Assembly: GCA_951406725.2 (NCBI GenBank)
Contig: OX597829.1
Span: 34,410,001 to 34,474,000, forward strand
DNA length: 64,000 nucleotides
Direction of reading: 5' to 3'
DNA from: Octopus vulgaris
Lineage: Eukaryota
Each line of letters opens with the position of its first letter. Position 1 is the stretch's first letter. A program made the position numbers and the translations under genes. The notes beneath the pieces were generated by a model that was given only the letters and a program-made list of their open reading frames with translations, had not been told where the DNA came from and did no database searches. Shown piece after piece: positions 12,701 through 24,569 of this stretch.

Positions 12701-13950
12701 AGCTCTCATAGCAGAATCACTACCGGAACTAGAAAAGAAATTTCGGGTGTGGAAGCAAGGGTTAGAATCAAAGGGCCTTAGAATAAATGTAGCAAAGACC
12801 AAAGTATTAGTAAGCAGCACGAGGTACTCAGCACACACCCCCTCGAGTAGGTGGCCCTGCTCAATCTGTAGGAAAGCTACAGGTAGAAACTCCATAAGAT
12901 GCACCCAATGTAAGCTATGGACACATAAGAGGTGCAGCAACATTAAAGGGAAATTAACAGATAAGATAGCTTTCATGTGCGGCAGATGCACAGGGACAAT
13001 AGACACAACAGACACTCAGAAAACAGATTCCATCACACTCCAGGGAGAGAAACTAGAAGTAGTTGATAGTTTCCGCTACCTGGGTGACCAAGTTAGTAGC
13101 GGAGGTGGATGCACAGAGAGTATCACCACTAGAATACGAATAGCCTGGGCAAAGTTCAGAAAGCTCCTACCCCTACTGGCAACAAAAGATCTCTCCCTCA
13201 GAGCGAAAGGTAGATTGTATGATGCATGTGTGCGAACTGCCATGCTTCATGGTAATGAAACATGGGCTGTGACTGCAGAGGACATGCGTAGACTTGAAAG
13301 AAATGAAGCTAGCATGATCCGCTGGATGTGTAGTGTCAGTGTGCACACAAGACAGAGTGTAAGCATCCTGAGAGAAATGCTGGATATAAGAAGCATCAGA
13401 TGTGGTGTGCAAGAGCGAGGCTTGCGATGGTATGGTCATGTGCTGCGGATGGATGAAGAGAGATGTGTGAAGAAGTGCCACTCCCAAACAGTTGAAGGTA
13501 TCAGGGGGAGAGGTAGACCCAGGAAGACATGGGATGAGGTAGTCAAGCATGACCTCAGAGCATTGGGCCTCACTGAGGCAATGGCGAAGGACCGAGATCT
13601 CTGGAGATATGCTGTGACTGCAAAGACCCGGGCTGCTTTCTGCAGCAATTCCACATACCCCCTACCCATTCAAAGTACCCCGGATCCCCAAAGTACCCCG
13701 GATCCCGTTGCCCCCGTACCGCTGGCACGTTAAAAGCTCGAACCGATCGTGACCGATGCTGGACCCCCCCGGCCCCTGTGCAGGTGGCACGTAAAAAGCA
13801 CCCACTCCACTCACGGAGTGGCTGGCGTTAGGAAGGGCATCCAGCCGTAGAAACTCTGCCAGATCAGACTGGAGCCTGGAGCGGCCCCTGGCTTCCCAGA
13901 CTCCGGTCGAACCGTCCAACCCGTGCTAGCGCGGAAAACAATGATGATGA
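9718..13950 (+). mobile_element. Full-length RTE-clade LINE (5' UTR, APE-RT ORF, 3' UTR, (GAT)n tail)
   Basis: APE motifs GTINVGTL, CIQEVRW, SAYAP, GDFNGH, IDFIL, HRLI, followed by RT; splits the Penelope ORF at KPIL / IPSIVRD. Confidence 0.93.
10460..13733 (+). pseudogene. RTE ORF (APE + RT + PHD-type finger), ~1090 aa, with one frameshift (~10580) and one TGA (11892-11894)
   Basis: ORFs 10641-11894 and 12024-13733 are in the same frame, separated by a TGA at a position that is TGG (Trp) in the copy at ~55584. Confidence 0.85.
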
Positions 13951-15239
13951 TACCAAGTATTGTAAGAGATGACCTGGACCTACTAAATCTTCTCCCCAAA
14001 CATACCATTAAAGACATTTCAATTGTTTCCTTTGATGTAATAAACATTTACACGACAATCCCACATGAATATAGACTGGAAGCCATTAAATTCTGGCTAG
14101 AAAAATATCCCAATGAGGTCCTGGAAAGAATAAAAAAAGAATTCATCATCGAGGGCCTTAAGTTTATTTTCCAAAACAACTTTATTAATTTTAATAATAA
14201 CACCTACAGACAGGTATCAGGGACTGCAATGGGTACTAAAGTTGCCCCTACTTATGCAAACCTGGTGATGGCCTACCTAGAATTACAAATTTATGAAAAA
14301 TACAAATATAAGTATGGCCTGTCTTTCCACAAATACTTGTTGGAGAATTGGAAATGCTACTTGGATGATTGTCTCATCCTATGGTCCCACACACTCAACC
14401 AACTTATTGACTTCAAAAACCTAATCAACAGTGTCAACAATTATATCCAATTTACAATGGAATATAGTCAAGCTAAACTTCCTTTTCTAGACATTCTTAT
14501 TATTAAAAAAGGCACCAACATTGAAACTGATATCCACTACAAACCAACTGATTACAAACAATACCTTCTGTTCACTTCCAATCACCAAAAGCACATGAAG
14601 ACAAACATCTCCTTCAACCTAGTAAGAATCTGCATAATTGTCTCAAATCATAGAACATGAAATAAAAGACTCCAAGAACTAAAGGCAATTCTTCACGAAA
14701 GACATTACCCAGCACTCATGGTACAGTAAATAGTCTCCTCTGTCTCTCAACACACTATCCAAGAAATGCAGAAGCTTACACAATTATATACAAGAACATC
14801 CACAACTGAATCAAGACAACATCTAAAAACAGTGCTCACAACCTATAAAATAATAAAAAGCAAAAGACAACCCAAATCCCTTTACCCAACACAATCCCAC
14901 CGCCCACCATAAAAAAATATGGTCATTCCAACTGCAGAACTTGCATCCACCTCATTGAAGGAACAATGTACAAATTCCAGTCGGGACACACTTTTGTCAT
15001 AAAAAATAACTTCACCTGCGCATCAAAGAATTTACTTTATGCCATAAGGTGTGAAGGGTGCCACAAAGATTACATAGGGCAAACAAGCCTTACTCTCAGA
15101 GAAAGGATTACAGTTCACCACCAACAATTTAGGGATCCCACCACAAGACAGATACCATTTAGATCTCTGCACACAAAAAGTCCCCCAAATTCCTAGTTTT
15201 CCCACTTGACCAAACTCAAATAAATAGGGAAAATAATCT

Positions 15240-16130
15240 TATTCAAAAATACAGACCACAACTCAACATACTCTAACATACCCCCCAGGTACACATCCAA
15301 AACAAACACACACAGAAACATATACAGATATACAAAATCACACACACACAAAAACAATGCAACCCTCTGATGCAAACACACACAGAAACAAAATATCCCC
15401 ACACTAGAGCACAAACCCACACACATTCCAAGAAAACACATACATATATACACTTGTAATATGATTCTAGCAACCATAACCATCACTCACACACACATAC
15501 ACACATATGTAAACACATACATGCACACACCTACACACACCTCCCTGACAAATACAAGACACATAGACACACTCACACAAACACACCCACACATACACAC
15601 TGCACTAACAATACAAACAAAACAAATCACTCACAAATGCAGCACACACACATGAGCACACACACACCCGAAAACTACATAAACCATACCCACATATATA
15701 TACACAAACGCATACTCAGTACCAACATACACACATGCACACACATACACACCACCCAGATAAACACAAACATACTCAGACAGACACAACACATACACAC
15801 ACGTACACACACACACGAACACACACATAACATCCCCTACACAAAAAAAACACAAGCATACACATGCACCCACAGATGTACACATACACACACGCAAACA
15901 CATACACACACATGCGCACACACAACACCCTAACAAATATTTATCACACACATACACACACACAAACCTGCACAAATATACAAACACCATCCTACCAAAT
16001 ATAAATACACACACAGACACATTTACACACACCACAGTAAACTCTGGGACCAATCAAAAACGGCCCACACACACAAACATATGTTTATACACACACATAG
16101 AGACGTACACAGAGACACACACACTCACAC
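15240..16130. repeat. Degenerate CA-rich simple repeat
   Basis: (CA)n-derived low complexity. Confidence 0.85.
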
Positions 16131-16704
16131 CATTCTGACCTCTAAGACCAGTCCCAAAAACCACTGAATCATGACAGACTAGCCCAGAAACAAAAATATC
16201 CTTTCAATTCCACACTGCTCTTCCTTTTCCCAACCCCAACCAACCTCCCACACTGTCCCTTAAAACACACAACCCTTAGCTTCACACAAGATAAAGAATG
16301 CTAAAACAGGTTGGTTCATCTTAATTTCTTTGTAAACTCCTAAATATATCTCCTTCTGTGTATATATATACTACCAAACCATCAAGGATTTTAATGAATT
16401 CTTAATACTTTTTCTGTCTATGTATATAGATACTTTCAAACAAACATGATTTTTATTGAACTCCTAATACTTTTTTGTTTAATATTTTCTCAGATATTTC
16501 CTTGTAAACTGTTTTTTATCATTTTTTAATTATTATCAAAGAATGTATATATGTATTTTAATACTTTTGTGACAACCAGTACTTAACACAACAAAGCTTA
16601 TACAAAGCTTTACATTTTACTTTTGACAATATCTTTCTAAAAAAGTGAAACCAGTCAAGTGAATAAACATCTTTTTCATATATCAGTATATAAATATATA
16701 TGGG

Positions 16705-16765
<61 letters not shown>

Positions 16766-16951
16766 CAAATAAGGAAATAGAGAAACAATTAAGTTGGTTC
16801 ATCAGCTTTCGGATATTAGAATGTTAACTTATTTATTCATTTAACAAAAACGAGAACCTTAATAACATACATCTATACATTATAATTCAATACATATAAG
16901 ATAAGAATACAATTATAAAAATCTTAATATAAATTATTGAAATCATTAAAA

Positions 16952-17083
16952 TCACTCTTACAGCTGTTTCAGCCTATGGATAAAAGTAGTTTTTTTCCCC
17001 GCGCCTATAGTTGTCAATTATATTGAGGTTGTAGGCATTTAAAAATAGACTTATATATAACCATAGGCCTCGTCAGAGATTAT
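16952..17083 (-). ncRNA. Minimal type I hammerhead ribozyme with long helix II insert
   Basis: ATCT-CTGACGA-GGCCTATGG..~80 nt..CCATAGGCT-GAAAC AGCT GTA-AGAG; helix I is weak. Confidence 0.7.
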
Positions 17084-18072
17084 AAAGAACTTTAAAAATA
17101 TTAATACATGAAACAGGATACATGTACAATTTAATATATATAAATATGAACAAATATCCATATACACATACACATATACACATACATAAGCAAAGTGTAT
17201 ACACCTTTACATGTGCTTAAATACATAAATAAGCACAATTAAACCATAGGTCCAAGCAAATAGACCATTTGTCATATACATACATGACTGGAACATATAC
17301 ATACATCTATTCTCATGACTACATAAACAAGAATCAATTATTACTAACATCATCATTATTATTATTATTATTATCATTATGTTGTTATTATTATTATTAT
17401 TATTATTATTACATTTATATATTTGTTGTGCAAGATTTTTTACGTGAAATCGTGTGTTGAAACAGTGAACGAAATGTTGTATGTGTCTCTTTAACTCTGT
17501 AGGCTCGCACATGCGGGACACATTTCGCATTATTCTGACAAAGTCTGCCATCAAAATATTGAATTTAAAAATTTTGTTATTGTTATTATTACTAGTATTG
17601 TTGTTATACATACATACATACATACATACAAGCATACGTAATAATAATAATAATGATAATAATAATAATAATAATAAGTGGATGTAAACACATGAACAAA
17701 ATAAGAATAAACAAAATAAAAACAAATTACACGAACGTATATAAACAGAAGATACAAATATTACAGGCATTCTCCCCTCCACACAAACACACTCACTAAA
17801 CATAGACGCACATAGATATATACGCATGCGCAAATGAAGACATACAATAGAGATACAAAATGGCTGACGGTTAGTAAGGAGAGACACACAAATAAGAAAG
17901 AAGAAAGCAAAGGACCACTGATGCGGTCACAGGAGTGTGATGAAAGAACTCTGGCCGAAATATGATTAAGTTTAATGTAAAAAATAAATAACACCAAATA
18001 TATAGTGCGTGTGTTTTTATTGGCTAAATGACCATTCCGAAATACAACAATATATATATATTATTGTATATA

Positions 18073-19620
18073 TTGCCTCCAGGCAATAATGGAGGAATTC
18101 AAGACAGGATGCCCTTGGGAGTTCCTCTATGCTGATGACCTTGCTCTAATTGCTGAGTCGCTATCAGAACTGGAGGAGAAGTTTCAGGTGTGGAAACAAG
18201 GATTAGAATCGAAGGGCCTCAGAGTCAATCTAGCTAAAACCAAAGTCGTAATCAATAGGAAGGTAGACAAATCACAAACACCTTCAGGTAGATGGCCCTG
18301 CTCGATCTGTAGAAAAGGTGTAGGTAGAAACTCTATAAGATGCACCAAGTGTAAGCTATGGACACATAAGAGGTGCAGCAATGTCAAAAGAAGGCTAACT
18401 AGGAAGATGGTTTTTGTATATGGCAGATGCTCAGGAACAATAAACACTGAAAATGCTCTGAGACCAACTTCCGTCACTTTCCAGGGAGAAAAACTAGAAA
18501 TAGTTGATAGTTTCCGTTACCTAGGTGACCAAGTCAGCAGCGGGGGCGGGTGTGCTGAAAGTGTAACTGCTAGAGTAAGAATAGCTTGGGCAAAGTTCAG
18601 AGAGCTCTTACCTCTGCTGGTGACAAAAGGCCTCTCGCACAGAGTAAAAGGCAGACTGTATGATGCGTGTGTACAAACAGCCATGCTACATGGCAGTGAA
18701 ACATGGGCCGTGACTGCTGAGGATATGCGTAAGCTCGCAAGAAATGAAGCCAGTATGCTCTGATGGATGTGTAATGTCAGTACTCATACTCGGCAGAGTG
18801 TAAGTACTTTGAGAGAAAAGCTGGACCTAAGAAGCATCAGTTGTGGTGTGCAAGAGAAACGTTTGTGCTGGTATGGTCATGTGGCGAGAACGGATGAAGA
18901 TAGTTGTGTGAAAAAGTGCCACACCCTAGCGGTTGAGGGAACCTGTGGAAGAGGCAGACCCAGGAAAACCTGGGACGAGGTGGTGAAGCACGACCTTCGA
19001 ACTTTAGGTCTCACTGAGGAAATGACTAAAGACCGAGACCTCTGGAAGTGTGCTGTGCACGAGAAGACCCGGCAGGACAAGTGAGTCCATAACCCGTGGC
19101 CTTCTACATGGGATGGAGCCAGCCTACGTATGCATACCTTCCCTTCTTGGGACACAAAACTCTACTTGTGAAGACCTGTTGAGGCAAGTGAGGATTAGAA
19201 TCGAAATCGATCAATGGAAATTGCAGATGTGTTACCAGTGCCGGTGGCATGTACGAGAACCTTCCGTTTCGCGACCGTTGCCAGCACCACCCCGACTGGC
19301 CTTGTGCCGGTGGCACGTAAAAAGCACCATCCGTTCGTGTTCGTTGCCAGCCCCGCCTGGCCCCCGTGCCGGTGGCACATAAAAAGCACCATCCGTTCGT
19401 GGCTGTTTGCCAGCTCTGTCTGGCACCTGTGCGGGTGGCACGTAAAAAGCACCCACTACACTCACGGAGTGGTTGGCGTTAGGAAGGGCATCCAGCCGTA
19501 GAAACACTGCCAGATTTGACTGGGCCTGATGAAGCCTTCTGGCTTCACAGACCCCAGTAGAACCATCCAACCCATGCTAGCATGGAAAGCGGACGCTAAA
19601 CAATGATGATGATGATGATA
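18073..19620 (+). mobile_element. 5'-truncated RTE LINE with tandem-unit 3' UTR
   Basis: YADD, PHD-type finger, LEIVDSFRYLG, WYGHV; (GAT)n tail. Confidence 0.92.
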
Positions 19621-19658
19621 CATATATATATATGTATATATATATATATGTATGTGTA

Positions 19659-19846
<188 letters not shown>

Positions 19847-20082
19847 ACATTATTGGTGAATTGAAGAAATGGAGCTGAACGCAGATTGAACAGAAATCGT
19901 TTTATTTCATTCTACACGTGTTTCGAAAGGCACAAATTACCAAAATCCGATTGAATAATGGGACCATATTGTGTCTTTCTCTTCAGGAAGAAAATAGGAA
20001 ATCCGTTGGAAAAACAAAAACAGAACAGAGGCGGAGCAAAAACAAATCGAACTATGCTCCTAAGAGCCCATGGCGAAACTGT
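19847..20082 (-). mobile_element. ~236-bp hammerhead-bearing element embedded in (TA)n
   Basis: Non-repetitive segment flanked on both sides by TA tracts; contains the intact hammerhead. Confidence 0.6.
19903..19996 (-). ncRNA. Minimal type I hammerhead ribozyme with intact core
   Basis: TATTTTCTTC-CTGAAGA-GAAAGACACAA..TTGTGCCTTTC-GAAAC ACGT GTA^GAATGAAATA; predicted cleavage between 19913 and 19912. Confidence 0.82.
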
Positions 20083-20122
20083 TTATATATATATATGTGT
20101 ATATATATATATATATATATAC

Positions 20123-20189
<67 letters not shown>

Positions 20190-20193
<4 letters not shown>

Positions 20194-21238
20194 GGTGCGT
20201 AAGGTATTTCAGGACATACCTTTTTGGGGTCATTGCTGCATTTTTTTGATTAGTCCCTCAGCTTACTCAAGAAAGGAAGAGGCATGCTGTTATTGTGGTT
20301 ATAAAGGCTGAGCATAGCGATTTAGAAATATCTTGATTTTTAAAAGTTGTCAGATCTTTCGTCCACAAAATTTGTAAGGAGTTAGAGGCTGAAGATGTAC
20401 ATTTATCACCAGTATCAAAGCATAAAAAGCATTCGAAATGCTCTGAAATCATCAGAACACCTGAATTTATCCAGCAAGTTCAACAGACCATTGATTACAA
20501 TCTCAGAAAGTCCATGAGGTTAATTGCAGAAAGTCTTCATGTGTCAGAAGGAACAGTCAGAAATGCTGTCCATGAAGACATCAGATATGCCTTACATAAT
20601 GAGGAATGGTCAATTTGTCAGAAAATTCAAAAGAAAATCACTACATCAGATCTAAATGGCTCTTAAACAAATTGAGAAATGCAGCAGAAGATTTGATTTG
20701 GTTTTTCTGAAATGAGAAAAACTTCAACCAAGATCAAAAAGTTAACAAGATATGACAGATGGTTATGTGTAGACCCTTCTGAAGTTCCAATTGTTATGCA
20801 TACAAAATTTCCTGCAACTGTCATGGTTTTAGGGGTTGTCAGCCTCCTTACTTCTTTCCACAAGGCCTTAGAGTTAACTCTGCCACCCACATTGAGGTCC
20901 TAGAAATAATTGTTAAGCCCTGGATAGACAGTGTATGCAATGGAAGGCCATATGTGTTTCAGTAAGACTCTGCACTATCACATATGACTCTAGTAATACA
21001 GGAATGGATGGCTGAAAATTTTCCTGATCATATGACACCTAACATTTGGTTTTCTAATTCCCCTGATCTCAATCCGTGGGGAGCGTTGTTGAGAGAGACA
21101 TCAATGAACACATCCATAGCACCAAAGGTTCTATGAAAGCTGCCATAGTTAGAGTAATGTCCAAAATTAACCAGGACCACTTGATTCGAGCATGTAGATG
21201 ATTTAGATCTCATATAGAAGTAGCTGTTGAAGTTGATG

Positions 21239-21240
<2 letters not shown>
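20190..21240 (+). mobile_element. Tc1/mariner (maT/DD37D-like) transposase remnant
   Basis: HTKFPATVMVLGVVS, YVF*DSA.SH, W.SNSPDLNP; many stops. Confidence 0.75.
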
Positions 21241-21273
<33 letters not shown>

Positions 21274-21551
21274 TGTATGTATGTATGTATGTATGTATGT
21301 ATGTATCTATCTATCTATCTATGTACTTATATTTATACACTCATACATACACATAACTATTTAGTTAAATAAGATTCAGGTAAAGACTTTGGTCAATGCT
21401 ATGCAAATCTTATCCACAGTTATTGGCTTCCTGATGTCACCATACAATGGAAATTCTTTCATTACTCAATACAAATCAGGAATTCCATAGTATCCATAGG
21501 GTTTATATAAATGATTGATAGAAAATGGAAGTAATGACATTCATTATTTAA

Positions 21552-21656
21552 AATCACTACAATTGTTTCAACACATTTTTACATCCTTAATATATTGGTG
21601 AGATGTTCAATCATTATCTTACATCCAAGGTGTAAAATGCACCTTCCCAGGTGATT
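21552..21656 (-). ncRNA. Degenerate minimal hammerhead ribozyme
   Basis: AATCAC-CTGGGAA-GGTGCATTTTACA..TGTAAAAATGTGTT-GAAAC AATT GTA-GTGATT. Confidence 0.6.
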
Positions 21657-22099
21657 ATTTAAATAAGTCCTTCCTTTTATTCCATTGACATTTCACTTAG
21701 GCAGGATAATGTATACCCAAAATGATGTGTCGTTCCCAGCAGTTTACAGACAAAAGTAATAATAGATGTAGTGACATATAAAATACAATTGCAATCAAAA
21801 TACAAAACACACAAATAAAAAAAAAAGAAAAAAAAAAGGTCAAGTTGACTATAAATTACCATGCTATCTTAATCTTCCTTGATTTCATGACCTTCATCTG
21901 CAGCACATATGAAAAGAGAGATGCAGTATCCAGTTATGAAACTGCAACAGAATGCTGCTGACCTAGTTATAGTTTTGAGTGGCTCCTTCTGTAGCATATC
22001 CATCTTGCATAGCCCTCTTCATCTGCTGTATTGAGATCTGTTGTAACCATAATCTGCTTGATCCACAATTGGGGTCTTTGGGGGTTGGTTGTGCTTAGT

Positions 22100-22999
22100 T
22101 TGGCTACTCATCTTTGACCTTGCTGCCAAGAGTGGACCTATCAAGAGTTTAGAACTCCTACAGCATCACTCTCAGAGTCATTGGTCCATGTCTAACACAC
22201 ATGCATCATATCTCAGAACTTCAATGAGCTGACAACAATGCTGCCCTCTGTCATTCAAAAGAACTCCAACAGTATGTATACAACTTTGCTATAGCCTACC
22301 ATAGCTTCGACCTTACGGTAAACACAAAGAAAACCAAACCCCAAATACCAGATTTTGGTATTACCATCTCTAATACAAGCTAAAACAGGACTGTCAAATA
22401 AAACTAAGAGAACTGTTGAACATTTGGTGGCAACAAAAAGTAGTCAAACTTTTGCAGATGCACATCATCTCAGAAATTTCAATCCTGGAATAAAACAACT
22501 ATTTGGATCAGTACAAACATCAATTGGATCCCTTCTTGCAGCTGATAATACAAACATCCTGATCAATACACAAAACATACTCCTAGGCTGGAGGGAATAT
22601 TTTCCCACCCTCCTAAACAGCTGAGGACTTCCTGAGGAACATTCTCCTCAGCTGTGAATGAACATGAAGCTTACATTTCAAGAATTCAAGCAAGTTAAGA
22701 AGCAAATGAAATTTCATGAAATATCCCCAGATAACATTCCTTTTGAACTGATCAAACAGGGAGGCTTACCTTTGCACACTTAAATCTTTACCCTCATTCT
22801 GAAGATGTAAAAATCTCAACAAGAAATCTCAATAGGCGCAGGAGTGGCTGTGTGGTAAGTAGCTTGCTTACCAACCACATGGTTGTGGGTTCAGTCCCAC
22901 TGCGTGGCATCTTGGGCAAGTGTCTTCTGCTATAGCCTCGGGCCAACCAATGCCTTGTGAGTGGATTTGGTAGACGGAAACTGAAAGAAGCCTGTTGTA

Positions 23000-23049
<50 letters not shown>

Positions 23050-24560
23050 CGTGTGTGTCTTTGTTTGTCCCCCTAGCATTGCTTGACAATCGATGCTGGT
23101 GTGTTTACGTCCCTGTCACTTAGCGGTTCAGCAAAAGAGAACGATAGAATAAGTACTAGGCTTACAAAGAATAAGTCCGGGGTCGATTTGCTCGACTAAA
23201 GGCGGTGCTCCAGCATGGCCACAGTCAAATGACTGAAACAAGTAAAAGTAAGTAAAGTAAAGTAAGTTCCTAAAGAATTGAAAAATGCAGTTGACATAAT
23301 TATCTTCAAAAAAGTTGATCAAAAAGCCTGTAGGAACCATAGAGGAATATCATTACTCACCATCAATGGAAAGATCTTTGCCAGGATTCTTATAAATCAG
23401 CTCCAGACCATCGTTGAAAAGATCCTATCAGAATCTCAATGTCGATTCTGTGCCTCTTGTGGCACACTTGACATGAATTTTCCATGCAAAGTATCTCCAA
23501 GAGAAAAGCAGGGAAGAACAAAACCTTTTTTCTTTGTTTTCAATGACTTAGAAAGGCCTTTGATAGCATTCCAAGAGCTGCTTTGTGGAAGGTCCTTCCC
23601 TGTTTTGGATATTCTGACCACTTTATCTCTCTGGTTCAAGCAATGCATGGCAATATCTGAATGTGTATTCCACCAAAAACACAATGTCATAAAAATTTCC
23701 GATTATGTGCGGACTAAGACAAGGATATATCTTGGCACCTATGCTATTCATCTTGTATCTGGATGCAAGGCTTCTAGAACTTCCACCAGGCAATCTAGAA
23801 GTTAGCATCAGATATTGGTATGATGGAGGACTTTTCAATTTTAGTAGATTTCAATCTAAATGTCTAACACACATCTCAGAACTTCAATGACTGACCAACA
23901 ATGCTGCCCTCTGTCATTCAAAAGAACTCCAACAGTTTGTATACAACTTTGCTATAGCCTACCATAGCTTTGACCTTACGGTAAACATAAAGAAAACCAA
24001 ATCCCAAATACCAGATTTTGATATTACCATAGAGCAGTTTTCATGTTTAAAAAGCCTTTTATCAAATAAGTGCACATCAGCAAAGGATGTGGAACACAAT
24101 TGCAGCTGCACATGGGGCATTTGGAAAGCTAATCAAATGTCTTCAACAACAAAGATCTGAACTTAAAAACAAAAATTTTGGTCTATAATGCTTTAGTCAT
24201 TTCAACATTGCCATATGACTGTGAAACCTGGGCTCTATATTGTTGCAACATCCAATAATTAATACGCTTTCACCTGCAAAAGCTTTGTTCAATCTTGAAC
24301 AACAAATGGGGGGAACACTATGTGACTAACAAAAAAGAAAGGACCAACAGTCAAAGTATCGAACTTCTGGTCACAGAACATAATTTTTGATGGTCAGGAC
24401 ATGTAACAAGAATGGAAGAGTCAAAGTTCCCACTCCAAGTCTTATTCAGTGAGCCCTCTTCAAAGATATAAGGACCAACTTGAAGCAACACTGAAAGTCA
24501 CTGGACTTGAACCCAAATCATTTGAAGCACAAGTCTGAGACTACCCAAGTGGCTGGTCCC
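22100..24560 (+). mobile_element. Old degraded RTE/BovB-like LINE RT region, interrupted by a SINE
   Basis: NHRGISLLTINGKIFARIL, GLRQGYILAPMLF, YDCETW, WSGHV. Confidence 0.75.
22835..23265 (+). mobile_element. tRNA-derived SINE with internal (TA)n
   Basis: A-box TGGCTGTGTGG, B-box-like GGTTCAGTCCC, (AGTAA)n tail; other copies elsewhere in the window. Confidence 0.85.
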
Positions 24561-24569
24561 TCAATTGGT

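Larger units (their letters stand above)
8745..15200 (+). mobile_element. Penelope-like element (RT + GIY-YIG), 5'-truncated with inverted pLTR, interrupted by an RTE
   Basis: 9139-9715: IKEADKGSTVIIMD, LPKIHK, LRPIVA. 13950-14660: SFDV, GTAMGTKVAPTYANL, YLDD, LPFLD. 14966-15196: LYAIRCEGCHKDYIGQT (GIY-YIG). Confidence 0.9.

Noticed and set aside
16785-16815. CTGATGA on the minus strand
   Set aside because: No downstream helix II/GAAA
17912-17975. CTGATGC-GGTCA..TGGCC-GAAA hammerhead-like motif
   Set aside because: No helix I or helix III pairing and A9 is mutated
19235-19465. CRISPR-like repeat-spacer appearance
   Set aside because: The intervening segments are themselves homologous, the context is a eukaryotic LINE 3' UTR, and there are no cas genes
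22835-22910. tRNA gene
   Set aside because: tRNA-like head of a multi-copy SINE without a full cloverleaf
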